Source: Spirochaetia bacterium (GTDB lineage Bacteria; Spirochaetota; Spirochaetia; SZUA-6; Bin103). From it: a DNA stretch of 64,000 nt. The translations under genes were made by a program, and so were the position numbers. The notes beneath the pieces were generated by a model that saw only the letters and a program-made list of their open reading frames with translations, did not search any database and was not told the origin of the DNA. Location of the stretch: assembly GCA_965199955.1 (NCBI GenBank), contig CBDATQ010000002.1, positions 1,376,001-1,440,000 on the forward strand, read 5' to 3'. Shown piece by piece: positions 30,630 through 40,393 of the stretch (position 1 is the stretch's first letter; every line of letters starts with the position of its first letter).

Positions 30630-31614
30630 ATGCGTGTCGTCGACGGCGGCGTGGTGTTCGAGGCCGCCTCCGCGAACGGTGGACGCGCCTGTACCTGCTT
30701 CACCGGCGTGCTTGCGCTGAGCGACGGCACCGTACTGGTCACCTTCCGGCAGGCGAGCGCGCGCAAGAGCGCCGACGGCAGCATGGTAATCCGGGCCAGC
30801 CGGGATGGCGGCGCGACCTGGCATCGGCGCTACGATACGCGCGGCGCCGATGACTGGCAGGGGACGCCCGGCGAGGTCTACAGCTTCTCGCTGCGCGAGG
30901 AGCCCGATGGCGCGCTGCTGGCAACCGGGCTCTGGATCGACCGGTCCGGACCCGAGCGGCCCTTCTCCCATCCGCAGACCAGCGGTCTGCTGCCGATGCG
31001 CATATTCCACACCAGGTCCACCGACGCCGGCTCGAGCTGGTCGCCGTGGCGCCGGATGGCGACCCCGCCGCACGTGGCGGCCTCGCCCTGCTCGATGTCC
31101 GTGCTCGACCTCGCGGGCGGAGTCCGCGCCCAGCCCTACGAGTGCTGGAAAGAGTACGAGGACCCGGCCCCGGCGCCGCAGGCAGCCTACTTGAGACTGT
31201 CGCGCGACGGCGGCGCCACCTGGCCCGACTACGTGCAGGTGGCGCGCGACCGGGGCGGCGGCCGGTTCTACTGGGATCAGCGGCTGGCCGTTCACCCGGA
31301 GACGGGGCGGCTGGACCGAGCCGGTCGGCACCGGCATCACCGGCAACCACACCCAGCCGCTGGCGGTCGGGGGCGACCGGCTCGGGCGGACGTGGGACCC
31401 GGCGTCCGCCACCGTCGTGTATCGGAGCGAGCACGACGAGGAGGCGGGCTCGCGCGCCGGCCGCACGCTGCTGAACACGTGGATCGACATGACCGAGTGG
31501 CGCTATGGGCATCCGCGGGCCACGGTGCTCGACGACGGCACGGTGTTCGTCGTCTTCTACGCGGGCGCGACCGCGTCGGCGACCGACGTGCGCTGGGCCC
31601 GGCTGGAGCTCTGA
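30630..31614 (+). pseudogene. Sialidase-like Asp-box protein with an internal deletion/frameshift near 31315
   Basis: SRDGGATW, STDAGSSW, YWDQR; the C-terminus (YGHPRATVLDDG.VFVVFYAG...WARL) is in another frame. Confidence 0.75.
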
Positions 31615-31640
31615 GCCAAGCCCCGGAGCGGTGCCGCAGC

Positions 31641-32260
31641 TCAGCGCGATGGCGAGCCGGGATCGAGGCGGGCGAGAAACCCGGCGGCGGTGTCGCAGCT
31701 TCCCAGCCATTCACCGACCTCGGCCAGTCGTTTGCCACCGCGCGCAGCAGGTTCCGCCCAAGCAAATCGTCCGCCGTCACGCGCCACAGGTCAAGCAGGA
31801 AGTAGCCCTGCGCCGGCTGATACGGCGCCAGCCAGGGTCCGCCCGGAGCGACCAGCCCGCTCATCCGCCGCGCTGCGGTCCACGGCTCGGCGCCGTTGTA
31901 CAGCACGACCGGCAGCACCGGCGGCAGCCGCCCTTCGGCGATCCCCGGCGCCTCGTTGCGCACCAGCTCCTGGTAGAGCAGTCCGGTGTAGGTGTGGATG
32001 CGCAGCGCCATCCACCGATCGTCCTCGGACTGGAACTCCAGCAGGATCAGCAGATGCACCCAATGAGCGCCGAGGTGCAGGCGCCACACGGTATCGCCGT
32101 GGCGCTTGCGCAACTCGTCACTGACGTACTCGGTGGAGAGCTCGTCCAACTCGGAGAAATCGGCGGCGGCCAGCAGGTCGGCTGGGAGGCAGGCGCGCAG
32201 CCGGTGCTCGACCATGAGCTTGGAGGCGAACAGCCGCTTGTAGTTCTCGTCGTGCAGCAT
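31641..32260 (-). pseudogene. Rpn-family PD-(D/E)XK nuclease/putative transposase, internally deleted
   Basis: HDENYKRLF, GDTVWR, LLEFQS, MALR, LPVVLYNG; joined out of frame to the C-terminus RLAEVGEWL..CDTAA.FLARL. Confidence 0.8.
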
Positions 32261-32388
32261 GGTTTGGTCCCGCACTACCGATAGCGGCCCTCCGGCGCTG
32301 GCGCTTCAACGGACCGCCGGCCGCCCGGTCGTCGCAGCCTTGACCCGCGTGCATGCCACGGAGACAGTCAGGTCTGGAGGCGGCAGGC

Positions 32389-33552
32389 ATGAAGATCACC
32401 GAGGTGACGACCAGGACGTTCCTCCACCGCACGACGAGCAGCCATGACGATCTGGGCCATCCGATTCGCGGACCGGCGCACGACGTGTACGAGTCGCTGC
32501 TGACCATCAGCACCGACGAAGGGGCGGCGGGCTACTCCTTCGGCGCCAGTCCCAACCTGGTGGACCAGGTGATAGCGCCGATGCTCGTCGGCAACGACCC
32601 GTTCGACCGCGAGCGGTTGTGGCAACGGATGGCGATATCGCAGGGCATGATCCGTGACTTCCACCCTCAGGAACTGGCGGCCGTCGACCTGGCGCTGTGG
32701 GACCTCGCCGGACGCTACCTGGGTCAGCCGATCCACAAGCTCCTGGGGGTATACCGGGACAAGGTGCCCGCCTACGCATCGAGCCCGCTGGGCACCTTCG
32801 GTGGCGGCGCGCTGGACACGCCGGAGGCGTATGCGGAGCTGGCCGCGGCGTGTGTGAAGCGAGGATTCAAGGGATTCAAGCTCCACACCTGGTTTCCCTC
32901 CGGACCGGACCAGGAGCTGGATCCGAAGCGGGACGTGGAGGCGTGCGAGGCGGTGCGAGACGCGGTCGGTCCGGACATCGACCTGATGCTCGACTGCTGG
33001 CACTTCTACAGCCGGGAGCACGCGCTGTACATAGGGCGGGAGCTCGACCGGCTCGGCTACTACTGGTTCGAGGAGCCGATGGACGAGTACAGCATGTCGT
33101 CCTACCGGTGGCTGGCCGAGCAACTGGACACTCCGATCCTCGGCCCCGAGCGAGCGCAGGGCAACCACCGGGTGCGGGCAGAGTGGATCAAGGCGGGAGC
33201 GTGCGACATCGTCCGCGTCGCGGTGGGGCACGAGGGCGGAATCACGCCGGCCATGAAGACCGTGCACCTTGCGGAGTCATTCGGCATGGCTGCCGAACCG
33301 CATGGGCCGGCCGACCAGTGCGTGCATCTGTGCGGCGTGACGGCGGCAGCGAAGTACCTGGAGGTCGGCTCCAACCCATCGTGGGAATGGACGCCGGCGC
33401 CCTGGCTCAAGTCGGACATCACCCTGATGGACGCGGACGGGTACGTGCCGATGCCACGAGGGCCGGGCTCCGGGCTGGAGATCGACTTCGACTACATCGA
33501 CGACCACGCGGTCGACCCGCCCGCGACGCTGCGCCTCCAGCGCCAGAAGTGA
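32389..33552 (+). CDS. Mandelate racemase/muconate lactonizing enzyme-family protein
   Basis: GGAGG SD; VDLALWDLAG, KGFKLH, LMLD, WFEEP, GGIT, EPHG. Confidence 0.92.
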   Translation: MKITEVTTRTFLHRTTSSHDDLGHPIRGPAHDVYESLLTISTDEGAAGYSFGASPNLVDQVIAPMLVGNDPFDRERLWQRMAISQGMIRDFHPQELAAVDLALWDLAGRYLGQPIHKLLGVYRDKVPAYASSPLGTFGGGALDTPEAYAELAAACVKRGFKGFKLHTWFPSGPDQELDPKRDVEACEAVRDAVGPDIDLMLDCWHFYSREHALYIGRELDRLGYYWFEEPMDEYSMSSYRWLAEQLDTPILGPERAQGNHRVRAEWIKAGACDIVRVAVGHEGGITPAMKTVHLAESFGMAAEPHGPADQCVHLCGVTAAAKYLEVGSNPSWEWTPAPWLKSDITLMDADGYVPMPRGPGSGLEIDFDYIDDHAVDPPATLRLQRQK

Positions 33553-33635
33553 GCGACGCCGACGGCGAGGCGAGCGGTATCTACTCGGTGTGATGGAGAC
33601 CGACGCGCGCCGACGCCGAACCTGGACGCCCTGGG
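33549..33635 (+). pseudogene. Possible collapsed sulfatase N-terminus
   Basis: GTGA-coupled start and a TPNLDAL-coding segment at ~33612-33632. Confidence 0.35.
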
Positions 33636-33698
33636 TTGCTCACGGAGCTTGTGGACAGTAGCACCGACTGGTGTAGCATGCGGTCTCGGGACAAGACG

Positions 33699-34189
33699 AT
33701 GCTGACACAGCAACGGATTCAGGAGTTGATCAAACTTCCCAAGACCATAGTCGGCCGCCGGCCCAGTCATGGCTATGGGGAGGAGAGTGGCAGCCGGCGT
33801 TGTGACCTGGACTTGCGAAGTCCCGGGCAGGATGACAGCATATTCGGGGTCTTCATCCGGCAGAGTCTGAAGTTCGCCGATAACTTCTCGATCGGACTGC
33901 GCTATAGGGCAGACTTTCCCTTAGGCGCGATCACCTTGTGCGCTACAACGGGCCGCACGGGGAGAGCAGCCGCGTTCCGGACGGGCACTACGCCAAGCCG
34001 CACATCCACCGCATCACCCAACAAGAAATCAATTCGGGGAGCACACAACCGCAGGAACGCGATCGCACGATCACTGACGCGTACGCAACGATAGAGCAGG
34101 CCCTCTGGGTTTTCTTCAACGACGCCGGTGTGTCGAACCACGATGAGTACTTTCCGGAGATAGGGCAGATGAGGAGGTCCTGTCAATAG
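33699..34189 (+). pseudogene. Uncharacterised HxH-motif protein (DUF6978-like), frameshifted and 3'-interrupted by IS256
   Basis: ORFs 33636 and 33938 join via a 1-nt deletion at ~33938: ...NFSIGLRY...ITL/VRYNGPHG...HYAKPHIHRIT... Confidence 0.7.
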
Positions 34190-35522
34190 GTGTGTAAACG
34201 AGTCAGGCAGCGTCCCGCTCCTGATCTTCGATTCGAATTCCGTCTCGGTACTCGGCTCCCACCCACACATCTTGAAGTAGCTCCGGCGCGTTCAGCTTCC
34301 GGAACTTCGTCTCGGCCACCAACAGCATCTTCCAGATCACGGCGGTGGCGTTGGCTACCTTCATGAATCGCTTCGCCGCATCGGTCCGTAACCTCAGCGC
34401 CGCGAACGGCGACTCGATCACATTGGTCGTCCGCAGGTGCCGCCAGTGAGCTCGTGGATACCCGTAGTAGCTCACCATCCGCTCCCAGTCCTGCGCGATC
34501 AACTCGGCGGCTCGCTGCAGCCCCTGGCCACGCGCCCAGCTCTGGAACGATCCTCGACGTTGCTCAGCCTCCTTGAGCGTCTCGGCGTAGGCGATCTTCT
34601 TCAGCTTCCCCTTCGCTTCCTCCTGAGAGCGCTTCGGCACCTGGTCCAGCACGTTGACGATCCGGTGATTCCAGCACCGTTGCTCCTCGGCGTCCGGATA
34701 CACCTCCCGCAGCGCCGCCCAGATCCCCAGGTGCCCGTCGCCGATCACCACCCGCGGACAGCGAAGGCCCCGCTGTCGGGCATCCCTGAGCATTCCCTTC
34801 CAGCTCTCGGTCGACTCCCGGTACCCGCTGCGCAGTGTGATGAGCACCTTGCGCCCGTCGGCCAGCCCGCCAATCGCCACCAGCAGCGCCGCCTTGTCCT
34901 TCTCCAGCCCCGCTTTCACGTACACGCCGTCGACCCACAGGTACACCAACTCCAGATCCGCCAGGCTGCGTTCGTGCCACGCGGCCGCCTCGGCGTGCCA
35001 GCGGTCCTTCACCCGCGCCACCGTGCTCGCCGACAGCGGCGCCCCCTCGCCGAACAGCCCCCGCAGCGCCAGTTCGAAATCGCCCAGCGCCAGCCCGTGC
35101 AGGTACAACTGCGGCAGCACGTCGGTGACCTCAGGCGTGCGCCGCGCACACAGCGCCAGCAGCGCGCTGTCGAACCGCTGCTGCAGCCCGCGCACCCGCG
35201 GCCGACGCACCCTCACCGTGCCGGCCCGTGTGGTCAGCTGCCGCGGCTTGCCGTAGCCGTTGCGGTAGCCGCGTTCCCCTTCATCTCGGCGACGGTAGCG
35301 GGCTCGGCCAAGAAACTGCGTCACCTCGTCCTCAAGCAATCCCTGCAGCCACTGCTGAACGTGGCGCCGGGCCATCTCCTCCATGGCCTGCCAGCACGCG
35401 CTTGACTGGGTGCTCTGCTTCGTGACCAACTCTTCCACGGCGGTGTCCTCCTGACTTTGTGGTGATTTCAGGATTCTACAGGGCGCCGCCTTTTTCGTTT
35501 ACACACCTCTTGATGGTAGCTC
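34174..35522 (-). mobile_element. IS256-family insertion sequence (1349 bp)
   Basis: 27-bp imperfect IRs (GAGGTCCTGTCAATAGGTGTGTAAACG vs GAGCTACCATCAAGAGGTGTGTAAACG); 8-bp TSD CAGATGAG at 34166-34173 and 35523-35530. Confidence 0.95.
34203..35438 (-). CDS. IS256 (Mutator-type DDE) transposase
   Basis: GYRNGY, YLWVDG, IGDGHLG, QRCWNH, RTTNVIES; intact 411-aa ORF. Confidence 0.95.
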   Translation of the reverse strand: MEELVTKQSTQSSACWQAMEEMARRHVQQWLQGLLEDEVTQFLGRARYRRRDEGERGYRNGYGKPRQLTTRAGTVRVRRPRVRGLQQRFDSALLALCARRTPEVTDVLPQLYLHGLALGDFELALRGLFGEGAPLSASTVARVKDRWHAEAAAWHERSLADLELVYLWVDGVYVKAGLEKDKAALLVAIGGLADGRKVLITLRSGYRESTESWKGMLRDARQRGLRCPRVVIGDGHLGIWAALREVYPDAEEQRCWNHRIVNVLDQVPKRSQEEAKGKLKKIAYAETLKEAEQRRGSFQSWARGQGLQRAAELIAQDWERMVSYYGYPRAHWRHLRTTNVIESPFAALRLRTDAAKRFMKVANATAVIWKMLLVAETKFRKLNAPELLQDVWVGAEYRDGIRIEDQERDAA

Positions 35523-35538
35523 CAGATGAGGCTTTCAT

Positions 35539-36306
35539 ATGGACATCAATAATATCAGGGCCTCGCTCAGCAGCAGTATATCATCAGGCTTCGACATCTA
35601 CGAGAGGTGCCGAGGCGATTACCAACTCATCGTCCCAATCTTCCATGAGGACGGCGACATGGTGGACATCTACCTGCAGGAGAGCCCGCAGGGCGAAGCA
35701 TACGTCCGGCTCTGCGACCTCGGCATGGCGCTTATGAGGCTCTCCTACTCGTACGATCTGAACACGGACGCCCGGCGGCGTATTTTCGACGACATTCTGA
35801 TCAACAACCGGGTCGTGAATGACGATGGCAACCTTCGCCTCGACGTGCCCGTGGGAGCGCTCTACGAAGGAATCATGCAGTTCGCTGGCTGCGTCCAAAA
35901 GGTGTGCAACATGCGCTACTGGGCGAGGGAAACCGTCCGCAGCGCGTTCTATGATGACCTGAGCTACTACATAACATCAAACCTGACGTCATACTCTCCG
36001 GTTGCCAGCCAAGCCCCCTTGCCAAGTGCCGGGGTTTTCAGCGTGGATTGGACGCTGACGCACAATCGGCGCGACTTCTACCTCTTTGGCGTGCTCGGCA
36101 ACGACAAGGCCAAGAACGTGGCGATCACTCTGCTGGAGTTCCAGAAGGCAACGCTTCCGTTCATAAGTTTGGTCATCCACGAGGACATGGAAGCGTTGGG
36201 CAGAAGAGAGCGCCAGTACCTCACCCGCAACGCCGACCGGCAATATCCGGTCCTGGACGATTTCAAGGAGAGTGTGGAGGCTGACCTGCGCCGGCTAGCA
36301 GCGTAA
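35539..36306 (+). CDS. DUF1828(/DUF1829)-like protein
   Basis: IVPIFHEDGDMVDIYL...RLCDLGMALMRLSY...FYDDL...VDW; lower GC than the flanks. Confidence 0.75.
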   Translation: MDINNIRASLSSSISSGFDIYERCRGDYQLIVPIFHEDGDMVDIYLQESPQGEAYVRLCDLGMALMRLSYSYDLNTDARRRIFDDILINNRVVNDDGNLRLDVPVGALYEGIMQFAGCVQKVCNMRYWARETVRSAFYDDLSYYITSNLTSYSPVASQAPLPSAGVFSVDWTLTHNRRDFYLFGVLGNDKAKNVAITLLEFQKATLPFISLVIHEDMEALGRRERQYLTRNADRQYPVLDDFKESVEADLRRLAA

Positions 36307-36498
36307 CCGTAGAGATGGGCTCCGCCATTGCCGTTGATTGATCCGTGCCCGGCCCTTCTCCGGGGTTGGCGGATCCGACGCAAGGGCGGAGCGGGACGGT
36401 GCTTGCAAGCTGGAGCCATGCTCGCTGGCGTCCGCGCCGCCAGCGCCGAGCCTGTATGGCTCTGGCGAATCAGGGTAAGCGACCGGCGAAACCAGGCT

Positions 36499-37962
36499 CT
36501 ATGAAGCCGGCGGCGGTGGACGCGCAGTCGGCAGGAGCGAGAGGTAGTCGGCGCGGGTGCGCGCATGCGGCAGCCTCTCGAACAGCTCGCGCAGATACCA
36601 GTACGGCTCGCGCCGGTTGGCCTTGGCGGTCTCGATCAGGCTGTACAGGATCGCGCTCGCCTTGGCTCCGCGCGGGCTGCCGGAAAACAGCCAGTTCTTG
36701 CGGCCCACCACGAACGGGCGGATCGCCTGTTCGCAGGCGTTGTTGTCCGGGCTCATCTGCGGGTGGTCCAGATAGCGGATCAGCTTCGGCCACTCGCTGA
36801 GCGCGAAGGCCACCGCCTTGCCGAGCGCCGAGCCGGGCAGCACCTGGTCGCGTTTCTCCTGCAGCCAGCCGTGGAACTTCGCCAGCACCGGTTGCACCTG
36901 TGCGCGCCGCGCGGCCACGAACCGCTCAGGGTCCTTATCGCGGTACTTCGACAGTTCCGACTCGGCGCGGTACAGCTTGGCGATGAACCCCAGCGCATGC
37001 AGCGCCGCTGCGGCCCGGCTGGACACCTTGCCCAGCGCGTCGGCGGCCTCCTTGAACGCTCGCCGCACGTGCGCCCAACAGCCCACGTGCACGATGCCGG
37101 GCTGCGCACACGGGCGCGCGTAGCCGTCGTACCGGTCGGTCTGCACGTAGCCCTGGTAGTCGCCGATGATCTGGAAGGCTACCCGCGCGGCGCGGCTGGG
37201 CTCATAGCGGTACACCACCACCGGCTCATCAGGCAGACCGCCGCGCGCCACCCACACGTAGCTCAGGTCGGTGTTGGCGCGGTCCTGCTCCTTGAGCACC
37301 TGTACGGTGGTCTCGTCGATCTGCAGGGTCGGTCCGCAGCGCAGTTTGTCGAGCAGCGCCTCCATCAGCGCCTGGCAGGCTGTGGCGGCAGCGATCATCC
37401 AGTCCGACATCGTGCGCCGCGACAGCTCGACGCCGAGGCGCGCGAACTGCCGCTCCTGGCGGTACAGAGGCAGCGCGTCGCAGAACTTCGCCGTGGCGAT
37501 AAACGCCAGCAATCCCTCCGAGGCCAGCCCCTCCGAGGCCAGCCCCTTCGGGATCCGCACCGCCGGATGCTCTTCGTCGCCGGAGCCTTCGCAGTGATGA
37601 CAGGCGTACTTGGGCCGCACCGTGCGGATCACCCGTACCTGCGGCGGGATCACGTCGAGCTTCTCGGAGGTGTCCTCGCCGATGCGCACCAGGGGGTGGC
37701 CACACTCACACTGCTTGTCCTGCTCGGGCAGGTCGATGACCTGCTCGATCCGTGGCAGCGCCTGCGGCAGCGGTCTGCGCCGCGGGCGGCTGCCAGTGCG
37801 CGCAAGCACCTTGGCGGCCGCCTGATCCGCGGACGGCTCATCGTCCGGCGATGGGCTGTCGGCGGAGTGTTCGATCTCATCGAACAGTCGAATCTGCAGC
37901 CGCTCGGCGGCGGTGAGCTGTTCGGTACCGCGTCCATACAGCTTGTTCTTGAACCACTCCAC
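36499..37962 (-). CDS. tnpC: IS66 transposase TnpC (N-terminus apparently truncated)
   Basis: C.CG...IGED.SE.L, LPLYRQ, IDET, CWAHVRR, DNN..E.AIRP.VVGRKNWLF; 15-bp tandem duplication (GLASE x2) at 37514-37543. Confidence 0.85.
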   Translation of the reverse strand: MEWFKNKLYGRGTEQLTAAERLQIRLFDEIEHSADSPSPDDEPSADQAAAKVLARTGSRPRRRPLPQALPRIEQVIDLPEQDKQCECGHPLVRIGEDTSEKLDVIPPQVRVIRTVRPKYACHHCEGSGDEEHPAVRIPKGLASEGLASEGLLAFIATAKFCDALPLYRQERQFARLGVELSRRTMSDWMIAAATACQALMEALLDKLRCGPTLQIDETTVQVLKEQDRANTDLSYVWVARGGLPDEPVVVYRYEPSRAARVAFQIIGDYQGYVQTDRYDGYARPCAQPGIVHVGCWAHVRRAFKEAADALGKVSSRAAAALHALGFIAKLYRAESELSKYRDKDPERFVAARRAQVQPVLAKFHGWLQEKRDQVLPGSALGKAVAFALSEWPKLIRYLDHPQMSPDNNACEQAIRPFVVGRKNWLFSGSPRGAKASAILYSLIETAKANRREPYWYLRELFERLPHARTRADYLSLLPTARPPPPAS

Positions 37963-38007
37963 CTGTTAGATGCCTTAGCACGAAGTACGCTGACATTTCA
38001 ACCCACC

Positions 38008-38348
38008 TCAGGCGATTTCCCGGTACCGGAGCTCCTCGTGGGTATGCCAGAAATCGATCCGATCAGCAGCATCCGAAGCTCCTCGATGCCGATCTCTCGG
38101 CGCGCCTCGGTCGCCGTTCGCGGCCACGGAAATCGCCCCTTCATCCACAGACAGAATCCCGTCCGATCCCAGTACACCGCTTTCAGCACGCGCCGCCGCG
38201 CGTTGCAGAACACGAACAGCGCCGTCTCGAACGGACTGAGCTGCATCTGCTCCTGCACCAGCACTACCAGCCCGTTGACCTGCGTGCGCATATCGGTCGC
38301 CCCAGGCCGTACGAAGATCCGCGCCGCGCCCAGCTCCACCCGGATCAC
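38008..38348 (-). pseudogene. tnpB: IS66 TnpB with a deletion and frameshift
   Basis: GATDMR...LFVFCN...YWDRTGFCLWMK|GRFPWP (RLE segment missing); the GIDFWH tail is out of frame. Confidence 0.85.
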
Positions 38349-38659
38349 CGCTCGCCCTCCAGCGCCTCCAGTACTTCGCGCAGATCGGTAGCCCGCACCG
38401 ACGGCCTCAGCCTCAGCACGTACCGCTGGCCGACCACCAGCTCGATCGTCGCGCCCGGCTCGGCACCGCCGCCGCGCTGCCCCAGTTCGACCAGCCGCTG
38501 ACTCTCCGGCCCCGAGGACTGCCTCGACTTGCCCGCCCACCGGCACAGCGACGAATACGGCAGGCCATGCCGCTCGCTGTACGCCTTGCTCGACAGGCCG
38601 CTGCTCCGCCACTCGGCAACCTGCTGGCTCCAATACTCGCGCCCGTGTCTCTCGTTCAC
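38345..38659 (-). CDS. tnpA: IS66 TnpA
   Basis: YWSQQVAEWRSSGLS...HGL...W; GTGA overlap with tnpB. Confidence 0.85.
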   Translation of the reverse strand: MNERHGREYWSQQVAEWRSSGLSSKAYSERHGLPYSSLCRWAGKSRQSSGPESQRLVELGQRGGGAEPGATIELVVGQRYVLRLRPSVRATDLREVLEALEGER

Positions 38660-38741
38660 CTCATCGTCCCTCCTGACAGGGACGATCACCCGCTATTTCA
38701 GCCGTCGTAAGGTGGGGTTCAGCGGACGCTTACGAATCAGG

Positions 38742-38972
38742 CAAGCGACGGACGGAATGTTCATATGTGAAGTCAAGGCTCAGAGTGATGCAACAGATCC
38801 TGTTGTTCACGCGAAGTCGCAGGCGGCCGTCACTTGGTGCAAGGAAGCGTCAGAGTTGGCGCGGGCTGGAAGCCAGAAAATCTGGCGGTATCTGCTCATA
38901 ACAGACGATCTTCGGGTCGGCTCAAGTATGTTCTATGGGCTGGTTTCGAGATGCAATTCGAGCGAGAGGTAG
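38742..38972 (+). pseudogene. Type III restriction endonuclease (Res) C-terminal remnant
   Basis: MFICEVKA...VHAKSQAAVTWC..AS...KIWRYLLI. Confidence 0.6.
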
Positions 38973-38993
38973 AGCCGAGTCGGTGCGCTGAGA

Positions 38994-39080
38994 TTAGGCC
39001 CGGTAGGTTCGTCGCGGTACGAAGATGACGCGCCCGGTCCAGTGGCCGGGATAGCGGTCGGCGATCGGGTCAGCGGCCAT
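38994..39080 (-). pseudogene. Truncated N-terminus of a gene coupled to the P450
   Basis: GGAGG SD and ATG 39080 overlapping the P450 end; MAADPIADRYPGHWTGRVIF ends at the island border. Confidence 0.4.
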
Positions 39081-40353
39081 CGGTCACCTCCGCGCGGCGC
39101 GGCTCCAGGTCGACTGTCAGCGAGCGGAGCACGGGTCGCAGCATGCCCGGATGGTAGCTCGGTTGCTCGGCCGGCCGCAGCGCGGGCCGGCGGGCGAGCA
39201 GTGCGGGCAGGGCGACGGCCGTCTCCAGGCGCGCCAGGGCGGCGCCGATGCAGAAGTGCACGCCGTGGCCGAAGGCGACGTGGCGGAGCTCGGCGGCGGG
39301 GCGCCGGACGTCGAACCGCTCCGGGTCGGCGAACACCTCCGGGTCGCGGTTGGCCGAGGCGAGCACCAGTTGGACGAGCTGACCGCGCCGCAGGAGGACG
39401 CCGCGAATCTGCACGTCCGCGGTGACCACGCGGCGCACCGCCGGCACCGAGCCGACCCAGCGCAGGATCTCCTCGATCGCGGACGGCAGGAGTGCCGGAT
39501 CGTCGCGCAGCAGCGCCATCTGCTCCGGATGGCGGAGCAGGGTGAACAGTCCGTTGGCGATCAGGTTGGCGGTGGTCTCGTGGCCGGCCTGGAACAGGAT
39601 GGCGCAGGTGGCCAGCAGCTCCTCCTCGCCCAGGAAGTCGCCCGACTCGTCGGCGTCCGCCAGCGCGGTGAGCAGGTCGTCGCGCGGGGCGGCGCGCCGC
39701 TCGGCCAGCAGCGCCCGGAAGCGGTCATAGACGGCCATGGTCGTCGCCTGCACCCGCAGCGCGTTGTCGGCGCTCAGGTGGCCGTTGCCGTCGAAGTAGG
39801 CGCGCAGCGCCTGCGCGTAGTCCCGGAACAGCGGGTAGGCATCGGGGTCCGCCGACGGCGGCACGCCGAGCAGCTCCGCGATCACCCGCATCGACAGCGG
39901 GTAGGCCAGCTCGCCGACGACCTCCAGCCGGCCGGAGCGGTCCGCGCCGGCCAGGAGCTCGGTGGTGATGCGCTCCACGCTCGGCCGCAGGCCGGCGACG
40001 ATGCGCGGCGTGAAGGCGCGCTGCACCAGCCGGCGCAGGCGCGTGTGGTCCGGCGGGTCGCTGTTCAGCAGGCCGCCCGCCGCGAAGATGCGGCGCAGCG
40101 GGCGCAGTCGCTCCTGCGCCGCGGCCGGCAGCCGCTCCAGCAGCGGCGTCTGGCGCCCCGCGCTGGAGTAGCGGTCCGGGGCGTGCAGCATCGCCATCAC
40201 GTCGGCGTGCCGGGTGACGATCCAGCCCCGCCACGGTTCGCACCAGTAGACGGGGTGCTCGGCGCGCAGGCGCGCGTACGCCGGGTACGGGTCGGCGTAG
40301 AAGGCGTTCGACGCCAGGTGGCGGTCCAACGCCGGATCTGGCACGCTGGCCAC
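39070..40353 (-). CDS. Cytochrome P450
   Basis: DPPDHTRLR, AGHETT, EEILR, SANRDP, FGHGVHFCIG; TACCCT-7-GTG upstream. Confidence 0.95.
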   Translation of the reverse strand: MASVPDPALDRHLASNAFYADPYPAYARLRAEHPVYWCEPWRGWIVTRHADVMAMLHAPDRYSSAGRQTPLLERLPAAAQERLRPLRRIFAAGGLLNSDPPDHTRLRRLVQRAFTPRIVAGLRPSVERITTELLAGADRSGRLEVVGELAYPLSMRVIAELLGVPPSADPDAYPLFRDYAQALRAYFDGNGHLSADNALRVQATTMAVYDRFRALLAERRAAPRDDLLTALADADESGDFLGEEELLATCAILFQAGHETTANLIANGLFTLLRHPEQMALLRDDPALLPSAIEEILRWVGSVPAVRRVVTADVQIRGVLLRRGQLVQLVLASANRDPEVFADPERFDVRRPAAELRHVAFGHGVHFCIGAALARLETAVALPALLARRPALRPAEQPSYHPGMLRPVLRSLTVDLEPRRAEVTDGR

Positions 40354-40393
40354 GGTGGGCAGGGTAGCATCCGGCCCGCCGGAGGAGTCCTCC

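Larger units (their letters stand above)
36475..38733 (-). mobile_element. IS66-family element (2259 bp), probably non-autonomous
   Basis: Ends GTAAGCG...CGCTTAC; 8-bp TSD GAATCAGG at 36467-36474 and 38734-38741; tnpA-tnpB-tnpC order. Confidence 0.95.

Noticed and set aside
34174..38733. IS256 and IS66 jointly mobilising the DUF1828-like gene
   Set aside because: Each IS has its own TSD, so they are independent insertions.
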